A stretch of DNA of 64,000 nucleotides from assembly GCA_949358305.1 (NCBI GenBank), contig OX442314.1:9858001-9922000 (forward strand), given 5' to 3'. Positions 36,724 through 50,940 of the stretch are shown here, piece after piece. The translations under genes were made by a program, and so were the position numbers. The stretch is from Strigamia acuminata. Taxonomy: Eukaryota. The notes below the pieces were generated by a model. That model was not told the origin of the DNA. It ran no database searches and saw only the letters and a list, made by a program, of their open reading frames with translations. Numbering within the stretch: the stretch's first letter is position 1; each line of letters starts with the position of its first letter.

Positions 36724-36950
36724 GTCACCTGTTTCCATTAGAACACATAAGTTAAGCAGCATTGGGCCTAGTCCAGGGGTCGGCAACCTTTTGAGACGGA
36801 AGACCCAAAAGTTACAATTAAAGAGCCACTAACACGGCTGTCAGCTGTCCATCTACTCTCTACTTCATCTATTCTCACTGTTCTCTGACATCGAAAGAGC
36901 CGCAGGTTGCCGACCCCTGGCCTAGTCAGTATTTGGTTGGGTGACCGGTG
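36724..36950 (+). repeat. 5S rRNA-derived repeat (SINE3-like head), split by a hAT MITE; second inverted copy at ~37660-37710
   Basis: With the MITE removed: AAGTTAAGCAGCATTGGGCCTAGTCAGTATTTGGTTGGGTGACCG, resembling the 5S A box/IE/C box region. Confidence 0.65.
36774..36919. mobile_element. hAT MITE (146 bp)
   Basis: TIR CAGGGGTCGGCAACCT; 8-bp TSD GCCTAGTC (36766-36773, 36920-36927). Confidence 0.95.
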
Positions 36951-39507
36951 TGATGTTCACCCCGACCGAGCGATATGGGTGCATCACGGAAAACTCTTCT
37001 GCGTACTCAAGAAATAAGAGTTTCTTAAAACATTAATAAAGATTTAATTATAAAGAAAAACAATAATATTTACAATAACCATACGATAAATAATAACTTA
37101 AAGTAGAATCAATCGGTCACATAATAATTACTGTTTTGATGTTCTGTTGTTCAGGATCCTTTTCTAGTATGAATGCTTCATGGTGATTTTCATTCCTTTA
37201 CATCTTAGGCACATTTCACAACACTTAGGCTCAAGGCTCAGCACCCTGATGCCTGATCCTGCTTTCACAAGCTTCAGCATACGACTGTTCTCTACAGTAA
37301 CAGTTTTCAGTCACTTGTCATCTGACCGTTATCGTTCCTTAGTCATATTCATTGTTCATTGTTTATGATTCATTATGATTCGATATGAGTGTCCGTTTCA
37401 CAGGTTGTCCTGTAGACTGGCATTGACGACCTAAATTTCCCCACAAACCGATAAGTATTCTACTTGACCGTGCTAATTGTCCTTATTGTGAGATGACAGT
37501 TGCATCTATCATTGGTCAGAATCAATGACCAATGCTTTAGACCAATCAGCTAGGTCCAATTGATTTTCTTTGTGATTGTAATTTTGAATTGAATAATGTT
37601 AGTTAAGTAAACTTCAGTCAGACTAGATCTCTCTTGTAACATAAAACACTTATACTTACCGTACTGGCTAGGCCTAATGCTGCTTAATTTTAAGTTCTAA
37701 TGGGAACTGGGGAGTTGGAGTTTTCGGTTTGTGAAAACATTACAAGCGGATTGGTCACGGCTGATTTGTCACGGCACTCCGCTATTGTAATTTCAAACAT
37801 TATTCACAAACCCAATTGTATGGAAATAGAAGTTTTACTTGCCTTATACATTAGCTTTAACAACTATTGATTACTCCTCCAACACTCATTTGTATTTCCA
37901 TTGAAAAAACTTTCAATGAAAATGGGTTTGTCAGAAAGGATTGAGGAATGATTGTGTTAGCGTTAATGTAAGTATAGTGTAAGCTGTGTGTTCCGGACAA
38001 AGGACGGTCAGTTGGCACGGATTATGTATAGTCGTGGACAAAAAAACTTTCCTTCAGTTTAGCTGTTTTAAGTTTATCTACCAGATGGCATAAAAAATCC
38101 ATTGAGATTCAATGACATCAATCTTGACCCGGTCTCTCGTCTTGCCCTAATAACAGTATTAAAAGATGTCATTTCTGAATATATTCATGTACTTTCCTAA
38201 CCTAAGTGTTCCGGGTTCCCCCGAAGCCTTAATCTGCCCCTGACAGAGCATCTAGTTGTGAGAGTTTGTTGTTTTGTTTGGAGAAAGGTTGATTGAGTTT
38301 GGGCCGCAGTGGGGGTTCTATGCTATTCACACTGCTTTTTTTACTTATCGTATTGCTTAAATTTCTTAACCTATATTTGCCAAATATACTCTGTTTCGAT
38401 ACAACGTTGTCCTATTTCCCAACTGGTTTGAAATGCCCTCACTTAGTTTACTAGTACTACATTTGTTTCATTCATCGCACTCAAATGGTCTTTTCGTTAT
38501 TTGACTGGCTTCGTTCATTTGGGACACCCTGTATATTCTTGGGCTTGTGATATACCCAATCAATGGGAGTTTGTCATAGGTTTTTGGATAAATCTGCTGC
38601 TTTCGCGGTGACAAATCGAGACGTATATGGTGTGTTAGTTTTGGGATTGATTTTCTAGGAACTTACAAGTTAGTTTGTGGTGTAGTATATTAAACTGTTT
38701 GTGCACAGACCTTCAGAGTGTGGTTGTGGATTTATTAACAAATTATCCGGCGTCAAGAAGTGTAAAAATCATGTCCGCTCGGCTGATCCGACGACTAGTG
38801 CAGGTTGAAAATTTCTAATTCAATTTTAGTGGTGAGATGTAACTTAATAACCTGTGTGTAATTCCATTACCATGACCTTTTAATTAATTGCACAGCAAAA
38901 CAAACATGAAGGTAGTTTTTTTTAATGGTTTCCATTCCAATGCCATGTAAATGTGGAAGTTGGCTTTTCTGCAAGTTTATTGTACCAACTGCCTAAAAAG
39001 TTGGTGAATGTGCTCATCTTGACCATAAGAGAAAATGTTTTGACCTACTTCTATAGGCAGCTGTTGCCAGAATTGTTGTATATAAATGTGCTGCTTGGAG
39101 GCCATTTGTATGACAGTCCATTGTGTATTCCACCCAAATTGAGGCTGCCTATGAGTATAAGTTTGTGATTAATGAAAATTTTATCAACAAACTTGTTTTT
39201 ATTTTTTATTTTCTTATCATTTTGGTATTTGGTGATGGAAAGTGCAAAATCATTGAATCAACATTGCAAAAGATGTTTTCAGGGTTAATGTGGGTCTGTT
39301 TTAGTTTTATTTATGTGTGATGGGAATTTATTTTCCAATTGGCTCACCAATAAGGCCCGGATGAATGCATAAATGCATAGGAATTATTTTTATTCAATAT
39401 AAAGCAGAAATTGACTGTAAATGCATATTTTTGGAAAATCAGAAATAAATGCATAAATCGCCATTTTTCCGGGAAAAAACGGCAATTTTTTTTTTTTTTT
39501 TTAACGA

Positions 39508-39602
39508 TACGATGTTCTCGGATTGTTTATCAACAATTTATTTCTCTTCTAATGATATTGAGAATCGTAGGAGCAAGCATATTAATGTCCGGTTTTATTT
39601 TT
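39508..39602 (+). mobile_element. Isolated copia RNase H fragment related to the CopiaMBD element
   Basis: TMFSDCLSTIYFSSNDIENRRSKHINVRFYF versus TMFSDSLSTIFFTRNDIENRRTKHIDVKFFF in the intact element. Confidence 0.85.
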
Positions 39603-40079
39603 TTTATTTTTTTTTTATTTTTGGCGTTGATCGATTGAAATGGGGCCCATAGTGGGGGCCTGTGGGGGCCTGGTGAGTGTCCAATGTGCCAATGTGCCAA
39701 TATTATTTGGTTGATGACAAATGGGTGATGACAAGTGAAGAAAATAAATTGGATAGAGCGGTAAACCTCATAACAAATGATGCTTTGACGTATTTGACGC
39801 ACGGTTTAATCAAACGCTTCTAAAAATAAACAAGGGTAGAATCCGAAGAATTATAATTGAAATGAATTTCTATGAAACACAAATAAAGGAGCGAAAAGCA
39901 AATAACTGGTTTTTGGTTTCGTTCCGGTTTAATAAAAGGGTAAGAATAACAGTTCAACCAGGGCAGGATTCAGAAAACGTACAAGGGGTGGCCATTTTGG
40001 AACAATTTTTCACGCACAGAAATTGAATGATTTTGGCCAAAAAGGATTGTTTTGAGCACAATAAATGAATTTTTGGTTT

Positions 40080-40505
40080 AAAAAAATTTTCGTTCCAAAA
40101 AATGGATTTTTGGTCCAAAAAATGGATTTTTGGTCCAAAAAATGGATTTTTGGTCCAAAAAATGGATTTTTGGTCCAAAAAATGGATTTTTGGTCCAAAA
40201 AATGCATTTTCGGTCTAAAAAATGCATTTTCGGTCTAAAAAATTAATTTTTAGTCCAAAAAAATGAAATTTGGTTCAAAAAAATTAATTTTTGGACCTAA
40301 AAATCAATTTTCGGACCTAAAAATCAATTTTCAGACCTAAAAATCAATTTTCGGACCTAAAAATCAATTTTCGGACCTAAAATTCAATTTTCGGACTTAA
40401 AAATCAATTTTCGGACCTAAAAATCAATTTTTGGACCTAAAAATCAATTTTCGGTTCAAAAAATGAATTTTTGGTCCAAAAAAAAATAAATTTTTGGTCC
40501 AAAAA
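40080..40505. repeat. 20-bp A/T-tract minisatellite
   Basis: AATGGATTTTTGGTCCAAAA and AAATCAATTTTCGGACCTAA units. Confidence 0.95.
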
Positions 40506-41539
40506 CTGAAATTTTACCATTGCTCAAGGAGGTGTGCGTAGTCCCATACTAAACGGTTGAACCTAATAAAAAAACAAGATTTTTAAAAAAAAATGAAAAG
40601 TACTAAATTGTAAAATTGTATAATTCATGGAATGACCGCACGGGGGCTCTGGCGTCAGGCATGATGCATCGCTCGTGATATCGCGTGGGCTGTGCTGTGT
40701 TGCTGTGACTCAGTCGAGTCGCGAGTGTGTTGGCCGGCCTATCACTCGCTCGCGCGCATGGCACGAGTGCCGTGTGGTCGTGCCCACCTTCCACATATTA
40801 AGCGGGTGCTTTCTCCTACTACTGGCCTGTCGCAAAGTGTCTCCATCTAATCCGGCGGCGCCGGGTCTTTCTCCCACCAGGGGGAGACCCGGGCCGTGCC
40901 GGGCTTTCGTCGTACTCAAACCCGACGGGGGCTGTCGCGTTATCAAAGTTGAAGGTAAGTGAATAATTAATGACATTTTATTGAATTAGATTGTATTTAA
41001 TTAACTGGAGTTTAAAGTTGGGTATTTTGCTGTTTTCGTACTCGTTTATTGATTGATTGATTGATACGGTGTAATGGAGGATCTTTTGGCTCGCTTTTTA
41101 TTTCCTCGTTTGGTTTTCTGACTCACTTTTTAAGTACAATGGCCTCGCGTGAGCTGGTGTAATTGGTTTGCGATTACTGCTATTTTTTTTTTTTTTTTTT
41201 TTTTTTTTTTGGAATTTTAAATTTATTTTTTCTTTGCTTAGTGTGGGTAAAGAGGTGAAATGGATTTTGTGGGTTTTTTGTCTGTTGTTGTTGTGATTTG
41301 ACTGGAAATAAGGTATCATTGATATATTGGGTTTGAAAAGCTAAAGTGAAGGCTGAAGAAATATTGGAAGTAATGACAAGGATGGTGATGTTGATGTTGG
41401 TCCGAACGTTTCGGTGTTTGTTTGTATCACAATTTTGCACTTTGGATTTAACAGGGCGATTAACATGAAGTTTTGCATGTGCCGGACATGACGAAAACAT
41501 TGTATAGTGTTAAAGGACGCATTGCATACAATATTAGGT

Positions 41540-41878
41540 GCTAGGTTCACACTTGTGTTCACACTAGGGGCACTTCTTTGTAAAACTAGGCAATAAAACA
41601 CTTAGACTAGAGAGCTCGAGCAGGGAGCATCGTTTTAGATCCATCTCTCTCCATTTCTACTTTACAAATACAATACAAGGCACAGAAACACACAACATCG
41701 CCAACCAGACGTGAATCGACGAGAGTTGGAGTTGATCGTGATTGGTTGGCGTCGCTTACTTCAACTTGGAGTTGAAGCAGGAATTGGCGTCAACGTCAAG
41801 AATTTTTTGACGCAAGCAGCTTGCGTTGCGTCAGTTTTCTTGCGTTGCGTCTAGTGTGAACACAAGTGTGAACATAGC
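41540..41878. mobile_element. PIF/Harbinger-like MITE
   Basis: GCTAGGTTCACACTTGTGTTCACACTAG ... CTAGTGTGAACACAAGTGTGAACATAGC; TTA near both ends. Confidence 0.8.
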
Positions 41879-43576
41879 TTTAGGAAGTCATCTGAATAGA
41901 ATGGGATGCGCTGTATGAATTTGGCGTTAAGATACCCGGGCGCAAACTGTTGTTCGGGTTTCTTTTTATGCAGTTTTTGGTGATGGTTGTTTCCACTGAA
42001 GAAAAGTGAGCTCACGTCTTTCAGTATCTGTGGTCGCTAGAGACAGGTTTCACTGTATCTCGAGTTTCACAGGTCTGGAAGAAACTGCTTCCTTTTTAGA
42101 GTCGCAAATTTCAATTTCTATACTTGATGCTTTGCGAGATATTCACCTTGGAGTAGATCTTGTGATCCACTGGCCCGAAAAGAATCGTTTCGACGAATGT
42201 TTTCTTTATAATCGCAGATTTGCATTCCTACATCTGCCATCTGCCGATTTTCCACAGTCGGGGAACCGGACCCAAAAACCCACACAAGTTTTTGATAAAA
42301 ACTCAATTTTATATTTTTTTTTTATTAAAGAGTATAGCCACACTATTAGGGGGTTTATTTGGTTTTTAAGTGTTTTTTCCATTTTCTTAGGTTTTTAGTA
42401 AGGTTTTTAAGTATTTTTTATCCGGACCTCGATAAAAATTTTCAATAGTATCCGTACCCCACTTAAAATTACTTGCCGACCCCTGCTTTAACCTTATTAG
42501 CCCTAATGTTAGGCTTAACGCTGCTAAATAAGGACTGGGATTAGGAAATCATCCGCGCAGAATGGGATGTGCAGTATGAATTTGGCATCAAGATACCGGG
42601 CGCAAACTGTCGTCGATTCATTCCGAAGGAGGAAAACATTCAATCACAAGCGGTGCGGGATTTACCCTTCGCATAGTCCTAAGCTGTGATAAAGATGAGC
42701 CCCCTAATCCAACCTAAGCCTCTAACTTGACTTTGGTTAGTGAAGATTCAAACCACTATTGATTTTCAGGGTCAAAACTGTCAGGTTCTATGGAAAAAAT
42801 GATAAATTTCTGCTTTATTGCTGTTGCCTCTGTTGTATTCTCTTAAGTTTAATTCGCTTTGCACTATGGCACAATGCATTTTTAAAACGGTTGAAATTCC
42901 CAGCGAAAAAACGTGTCTTGTTTCTCACATGAAAAGCAAAATCACAGATGGTGCATAATGCACAATACACACATTTGGGAAAATGGAAATAAATAAAATC
43001 AGTTGCTGTAGGCTTGAATTTAGACAATTCCTTTCCTTTTTAGGTTGAGAAAGTGGTGGGGTTTATTCTATGTGAATGTTTTGATATTTAAGTGCAGTAT
43101 GTTAATAGAAAGTGTTGCATATTTCTCCTTTAGTCTTTAAAGCTTCAAACTAAATCGGCTTAAAATAACTTGGATGTGAGTTTTGTATTATGTTTGAATT
43201 CTTTGGGTTTATTGTGTTGGTAGGAGGAAATCAGAAGAAAGATGAACATGTGGAGAAATGAAATGAATGTACTTACTGTACAGTTGGGAAATGAGGATTC
43301 TTTGTTTGTTTGTAATTTTGGATTCTTGTTGACTTGTGTGTGTTGTATTTATTATTCATGCTGATGAAGGAGGATCTTTTTAAAGCTTTGGAGGATCGAA
43401 AGGTTTATTTTATGAAAATTTTAACGTAAAGGCTTTGCCAAGTTTGATTTATTTATAATTTTGGGAAGCATTTGAGGGTTTTTGGCTTTTCGGCGTGTTT
43501 TAGGCTTGTTAAAACTTGAGTTTGTCGAGTTGGCGCTACGACTATACTCTGAACCGATGCAACGTTGTCCTATTTC

Positions 43577-43827
43577 CAGTGTTGTCTACGTAAAATAAAC
43601 ATTTATTCAATAAAATTCGAAGATATAAACTTAAAAATCACATGTAAAACCGAAAGAGTTGAAAGAGGAAATTTGCGCAAATGTAACGATAATGTAACGG
43701 TAACGTAACGATAATGGTAACGTAGGTATCAAAAATGTAACGGTAATGGTTTGTAACTAGTTACTTTTTTTGCTAAATAACGGTAACGGTAACTAGTTAC
43801 CAAATTCCAGTAACGCATACAACACTG
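43577..43827. mobile_element. hAT MITE with GTAAC subterminal repeats, nested in another MITE
   Basis: TIR CAGTGTTG/CAACACTG; 8-bp TSD CCTATTTC; empty-site homolog at ~38386-38430. Confidence 0.92.
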
Positions 43828-46634
43828 CCTATTTCCAATTGGTTGGGCCGGATTACGCCTAACCGTGGACTGTGCTCTCTACTACGCGGAAAAGTAGTTC
43901 TGTTTATTTTGACAACGAAACAAGTGTTGGTTGTCGATAACAATGTCTGGAGTTCGATACAAGTGTATTTGCATATACCTGTAGTAAATATAGAATAAAT
44001 CTTTACTTCCTGTAAAAGTCAAGGGGGTGCCGACTGCTGCTTAGGTTAATAACCAGGGCCTTAAAAAGACGTGTCAGCACTATATCTTGTTTGATTTGAT
44101 ACGACAAACTATAAGAAAGTCTATGAGACCGTTGAGATTTAGTGGCATCAGCGTTGACCCAGTCTGGACACTTTGATAACGATGTGGAATTACTTTATCG
44201 ATAGATCGGAGAAATTCTGATGCCGCTGAATTTTCATTTTTCTGTACTCCTATGGTAAGAAAATGTTAAAATGCCAAAGCAAAAGGAAGTTTGTTGGGCA
44301 TCCATCAGTGGTCACCATGCTCTTCAGTTTACGAGGAAAAATTGTGGTGGGTGTACCATGCGGCTGCAGTAAAGGTCCGCCTGTAACAATAATTCTTGTT
44401 GGAAAGCACAGTAGGTGCATTCTATTCAATTAAGCGTAGCATGGTCTTGTTACAAAATTTAACACGAGAATCCTGGGGGGTAAATCTTTGTGTTGATCCT
44501 CTTGGAGGGTTGTGCTGAGTGTTTCAACTTGTGAACAGATGATTTTTGCATCTTACTGTCGTTGTAAATGGGGCCTCGGATCAAGCCGTAAGTTTTTGTG
44601 TTAAAGCTTAGTACTCGTAAGATCATCTGCTAACAGAAGTGTACGCTCACAGACTTTTCTGTGCGTATAGACTTGACAGAAAAGTCTATCAGAATCATCT
44701 GGTAGTAGAACATGTGCTAGTTTGTCACACTACTCTTTTTGTGGTACTCACAGTTCTATGCAACAGAAAAGAAAAGGTGAATGTACATGAAAAAGAAACA
44801 AGATGGATGCCAATAAAAATTTTTAAGGCTACTTTTGGAGTTAGGATGAATAGGATTGCTAGTTTGTTTTTAATTTGTAATTTTATTTATAAACTATAAT
44901 CTATTTTTATAAATAGAATATACAGTTGTTTGCATTTGTTGGCAGAACTATTGCTGCCATATTTGAGACCGGTTAAAAAAATTACGACCGGTCACAAATT
45001 GTCAAGACCGATCGCTACTTTCTGTGCCACAGAAGTTTCTGTGCCTGGAAACGAAGATCAGCTTTCCGTTGCATCGACACGCCAGAAAGTTAATTTTTTA
45101 TGTCGCAGAACATATCTCGCAGACATTACAAGACTGGAATGAAATTTGTGAGTACCAGTTTTTTCTGTAGGCAAAATTTCTGTGGGCAGGAACAAATTCA
45201 GCGTACCCAGAAGGCATTGCGGTAATGTTAACGCTATCATTAGCACGAGTTACAAGCAGCGCTAATTCTCGTGTTGTGTTAATTCTTTATTGAATGCACC
45301 GAATGCCAATAATTCCTCGTAAGTCATTCCCCAGAATGCATTGCAATAATCAGATGATTGCCCCATTGCTGGAGATGAACTTTGCCATGATCCGAACCAA
45401 TATGAAATAAAAATGGGAATAAAACACTTTGAATTTCCATTTGAAACAAAAACATTAAACGTGCAATGAAAATAGAATTGAAACTTGGAAGTCGTATAAT
45501 TTTTATTTTCTCGGTTAGCGGCATTTATTCTGGATATGGAAATCCAAATTGGATGCTTTCAACGTATTATTAATCATTTTAGCGTGTTTTGGCACAAGTT
45601 CAACCCATTACCACACCTGTGTGACGTCATTGCACATGCGTTGAGCCGGGTTATGAAACTTTTAACCTCGATTTCGAAATGGTCTTAAATTAATATTTAA
45701 TTGAATGCAATTGGTTAAAAGTGTTAGTTTTGTTTTATTTAGATGAATATTTTTTTTTTGGTTTTTCTTTGGTGGTTGTTGTTGTTTTTAATGTTTAATG
45801 GCGAGAGATCAGTCGGAGTGCTGCACGATTTGTTGCAGTTTTATTTAAGGCGGAACTGAACTGGAAAACGAAAAAATTATGATAATTGTTAATAAATAAG
45901 TTTTAGGAAGAAATTTAGTGGATTTTGGGATTTTTTTAAAGGGGGTTTATTTATTATTTTCGGATTTTGTTGTTTTGTGCAGGGTATGAAGACGAGCGCA
46001 TGCGCAGAAGTGAAAAGCGTTCAATATCCTGTTGTTTGTTTTGCATGTTGCTTAGCAGCAACCTGCATGGTGTGTTTCCTTATTTTTTTTCTCTTTTATG
46101 TTTAATTTAGATGTTTTTGGGATATGAAGTTCGAATTTTATTATGATTTTTGGAAAAATTTATCAATTTTTGATAGGAGTGAGATCTACGGGAAAACACA
46201 TTCAGCCCGGCCGTGCACGACGCGCCTTGCTCGGCTCGGCTGAATGACAATTCCCGGCGAGAAATATTTTTGTTTAAAAATCCATAATAAAAAAATAAAA
46301 AAAAATTTTGCGCATGCGTACCTCATCGGTATTAATTTTTTATTTTTATTTTTTTTAATTTTTAATAAAGACATTTTTTTTTTGATTGGGTCGTGCAAAT
46401 GTGTCGCGCGTTCTGTGAATAGACGCGCACTGACGCTGGCGTTCGTATCTCGAGGGAGGCGAGAAGTAGCGATCAACGAAACCAATCAGGATGTTCCGCT
46501 CGCGGTGCCAGCAGACGACGATGATGATGATCGTCGCAATCGCGCATCATTAACAACTTATCTTTTTTTCTCTTTTTTTCGAGAAAATTCCTCGAGAGTA
46601 ACGAAGGAAAAGATGGCGCCTGGCAGGAGGTCAT

Positions 46635-46665
<31 letters not shown>

Positions 46666-47077
46666 GATAATAAGAAAGGAGAAAAAAAATGTATGAACGG
46701 GGTAGTTGAGGCTTTTAATGGCGACGATCGTTTTCTTTATTTGACAATTTGTTTCTATTACCCGGAGTAATTTTGAAATTGCACGGCCAATTTGCATGAT
46801 ATGGCGATGGGTTTTGGTCGGCAGTTTGCGTCTTGTTCGGAGTAAATTGTCAAGATTTTCGCGCATTTATGGCTGGAATTAAAAGTGAATTTATAGGGAG
46901 GAGTATAGGAGGAAAAAAGTTGGATTAAGACATCGTGGTGTGAATGTTGGATGAATGGAGAAGAGAGATGTGGACGTTTTAGTGCTGGTAGTTGGCACAG
47001 CGTTTGATGTTTGGATGGTTGTGGTTAATGTATTTTGGTGTAAATTTGGATACTCGTACAGTTCGGTGTTTGTTTCG

Positions 47078-47715
47078 CACTTAGGTAGTGTTAATTTACA
47101 CTTAGGTAGTGTTATTTTACACCTATTTAACCTATTTTGCACTTTTTGGTGTTATTTTACACTTAGGTCGTGTTATTTTACACCTATTTAACCTATTTTG
47201 CACTTTTTGGTGTTATTTTACACTTAGGTAGTGTTATTTTACACTTAGGAAGGGTTATTTTACACTTAGGTAGTGTTATTTTACACTTAGGTAGTGTTAT
47301 TTTACACTTAGGAAGTGATATTTTACACCTATTTAACCTATTTTGCACTTTTTGGTGTTATTTTACACTTTTTGGTGTTATTTTACACTTAGGTAGTGTT
47401 ATTTTACACCTATTTAACCTATTTTGCACTTTTTGGTGTTATTTTACACTTAGGTAGTGTTATTTAACCCTTAGGTAGTGTTATTTTACACTTAGGTAGT
47501 GTTATTTTACACTTAGGTAGTGTTATTTTACACTTAGGTAGTGTTATTTTACACTTAGGTAGTGTTATTTTACACTTAGTTAGTGTTAATTTACACTTTT
47601 TGGTGTTATTTTACACTTTTTGGTGTTATTTTACACTTTTTAGTGTTTTTTTTACACTTTTTGGTGTTACTTTACACTCATTTGGTGTTACTTTGCATTT
47701 TTTGGTGTTATTTTT
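47078..47715. repeat. 20/21-bp minisatellite
   Basis: TTAGGTAGTGTTATTTTACAC and TTTTGGTGTTATTTTACACT units. Confidence 0.95.
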
Positions 47716-48359
47716 AAACTTTATTGAGTATAAATTTACTTTTACATCAAAACTCAAAACCTCCTAAAACACTTCCGGTTGTTTTGATGTTTTTCAAGGT
47801 CGTGAACATAAACATTGGAGGAAGTGACATGACAAAATCCAAACACAAACTCCTAAAACCCTTTTCAGCCATCTTGGATACTCAATGTGTACATAGCGAG
47901 TAGCAAATAAGTTCCATTTAGCAACGTGTTTGCAACACTCGGTGGTTTCGGTTCCCATTAAGCTTGAGCAAGAAGCCTAACCCCGTTGTTTACAAGAAGG
48001 AGAAGTGCGTGAGAGAGAGAGGTGCCTAACTCCAACACTTAGCAATGTACCAGCTACTTGAATGTTCAATCTAGTGATCCCTGGTGGACCTAAGCTAAAA
48101 GTAGTGGAGTGCAGTGGAGATGGATCGCAATCCACTGGTGGCTGCGGCCACTTTTACGAGTATCATTGAAGTTGGTCAAAATTTCATCCGACGGACAATA
48201 AAAGCCGAAAAAAGAAAAAAAGTGCTAGTGCTACAGTAGTTTAGGGAAGTAAAAATTTGCTGTGTGTTTATATCAATAGAGGATCTTAGGTGCAATGTTA
48301 TTTCGGGATCTCAGAGGTGGATTTACGGTCTGGAGCCGATTTTGGGGCCCTGATTTTTA

Positions 48360-49210
48360 AAATTTATCATAAATTTATCAAAAATTAACAAAGATTTTCA
48401 AAAATTACCAAAATTGTTTAAAAATTACCAAAAATTTTAAAAAATTACCAAACATTTTTAAAAATTTCCAAAAATTTTCAAAAATTACCAAAAATTACCA
48501 AAAATTTTCAAAAATTACCAAAAATTACCAAAAATTTTCAAAAATTACCAAAAATTTCAAAAATTACAAAAAATTCAAAAAATAACCAAAATTTTTCAAA
48601 AATTACCAAAAATTATCAAAAATTTTCAAAATTGTTCGAAAATTACCAAACATTTTCAAAAATTACCAAACATTTTCAAAAATCACCAAACATTTTCAAA
48701 AATTACCAAAAATTATCAAAAATTTTCAAAAATTAAAATTTTTTTTAAAAATTACCAAAAATTATTAAAAATTACCAGAAATTTATTAAGAATTACCAAA
48801 AATTTATTAAAATTTACCAAAAATTTTCAAAAATTACCAAAAGTTTTAAAACATTACCAAATTTTTACAAACATTACCAACATTTTTCAAAAATTACCAA
48901 CATTTTTCAAAAATTACCAACATTTTTCAAAAATTACCAACATTTTTCAAAAATTACCAACATTTTTCAAAAATTACCAACATTTTTCAAAAATTACCAA
49001 CATTTTTCAAAAATTACCAACATTTTTCAAAAATTACAAACATTTTTCAAAAATTACAAACATTTTTCAAAAATTACCAACATTTTTCAAAAATTACCCA
49101 AAATTATTAAAAATTACGAAAAATCATCAAAAATTACCAATAATTTTCAAAAGACAAAAATAATTTATAAAAATTTCATTTTCGAAAAATTTACGAAAAA
49201 TTATCAAAAA
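48360..49210. repeat. 10/20-bp A-tract minisatellite
   Basis: CATTTTTCAAAAATTACCAA units. Confidence 0.95.
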
Positions 49211-50299
49211 ACAGCAGAAAACAAGAATTTAAAAGCTAAGTTTACTCAAGCATTCGCCATCGATAATTACCGCTTACTTGAATCAGTTTCATCTCTCAAC
49301 TCCCTCGCACGAACTCTCCACTTTAAAAGCACAAACTGCGCACCTGTGTCTCCTCCACAATCAAAACTCGCAAATTTACTTCAATTTTTTTTCCTTAAAA
49401 ATTATACTTACCTTAAAAAAAAATTTAAAAAAAAAAATTATTTTTCATTTATTTCCAACTTTCTGATTTCCTTCTAATGCATTAAAGCCGAGCTGTGTCA
49501 ACTCGAGTTCTTAAATATTTTTTTCCCTCATTTTAATATTCCAAAATTTTTTTTTCCATCTGCACAGACGCGGGAAAAGGTCTGTTTCCTTCAGCGTTTA
49601 TTTCATGGACGCGCGCTCCCTTTAACGATCCACGGGCGAGCGCTTAATGGTGCGAAATTCTCGAGTCACGGTGCGATGCCGGTGTCTGCAAGTAGAACGT
49701 CAGACACATTCGAATGAATTTTAAAAAACAAGAGGCGAGACGGCGAAAAAGATAAATCTCGTTGTCACTTAATTGAAATTGATTAAAAAGTTGGCGGCGA
49801 AAAAAGAGTGAGTTTAAGGCGCTTTACTTTCAATTTGTCATTTTTTTAAGCGCACGATGGATGTTCAATTGATGCGATTAACGTAAGGTGGCGCGTAAGC
49901 TGCGTATGAATATTTATTGTCTTGTGCTGATGTTTTTCTTGGTTTTTTTTTTGTTTCGTTTTGTTTCGGTTTTTATCATTTTTATGAGATTTTTTTAGTT
50001 GCTAATGATGTTAAATGAAGCATTAGGGATTTTTATTTGGATTGGTAGTGACGTGGAATTAAGAAACACGTGAGAAATGAAAGCGCAATTAGGAAATAGT
50101 TTGGGAATTTGTGGAGATGGACAGATGGACGGAGGATTTTTGAGATGATTTTGTTTTTCGGGAAAGTTGTGTTTGTTTGGTTTGGTTTAGTTTAGTTAGT
50201 TTGGCGTGAGGCTTTTTGTTTATTAGTGTGTGTCTAAATTCTGGAATTTTGTCAACATTTTGTGGAATATTGTCAAATTTCGACAGTTTCATTAAAAAA

Positions 50300-50940
50300 A
50301 ATTTTTTTCGGAATTTTCTGAAAAATTTGAAATTTTGTCGGGGTTTTCTGAAAACTTTGAAATTTTGTCGGAGTTTTCTGAAAATTTTGAAATTTTGTCG
50401 GATTTTTCTGAAAAATTTAAAATTTTGTCGGATTTTACTGAAAAATTTGAAATTTTGTTGGTGTTTTCTGAAAAATTTGAAATTTTGTCGGATTTTCTTG
50501 AAAAATTTGAAATTTTGTCGGAATTGTCTGAAAAATTTGAAGTTTTGACAAACTTTCATAAAATTACTCAAATTTATTTAAAAAATTTCAAATTTTGTCA
50601 ACATTTCATCAAAAATAATCATATTTCGACAAATTTTCATCAAAAACACTAAATTTCGACAAATTTTCATCAGAAACAATGAAAATTCGACAAGTTTTCA
50701 TCAAAAACACTCAAATTTCGACAAATTTTCATCAAAAACACTCAAATTTCGACAAATTTTTATCAAAAACATTCAAATTTCTATAGTTTTAACAAGAATT
50801 CAAACATTTCGACAACATTTTATCTCAAATTTTAATTTTTGACAAATTTTATCAAAAATTTCAAATTTTATCAAAATTTTATGAAAAATTTCAAATTTTG
50901 TGAAAAATTTTATGAAAAATTTACAAATTTCGACAAAATT
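50300..50940. repeat. 30/31-bp A/T-tract minisatellite, second half in inverted orientation
   Basis: AAAAATTTGAAATTTTGTCGGATTTTTCTG units, followed by AAATTTCGACAAATTTTCATCAAAAACACTC-type units. Confidence 0.92.

Noticed and set aside
36724..36950. Functional 5S rRNA gene
   Set aside because: Partial, diverged, and interrupted by a MITE.
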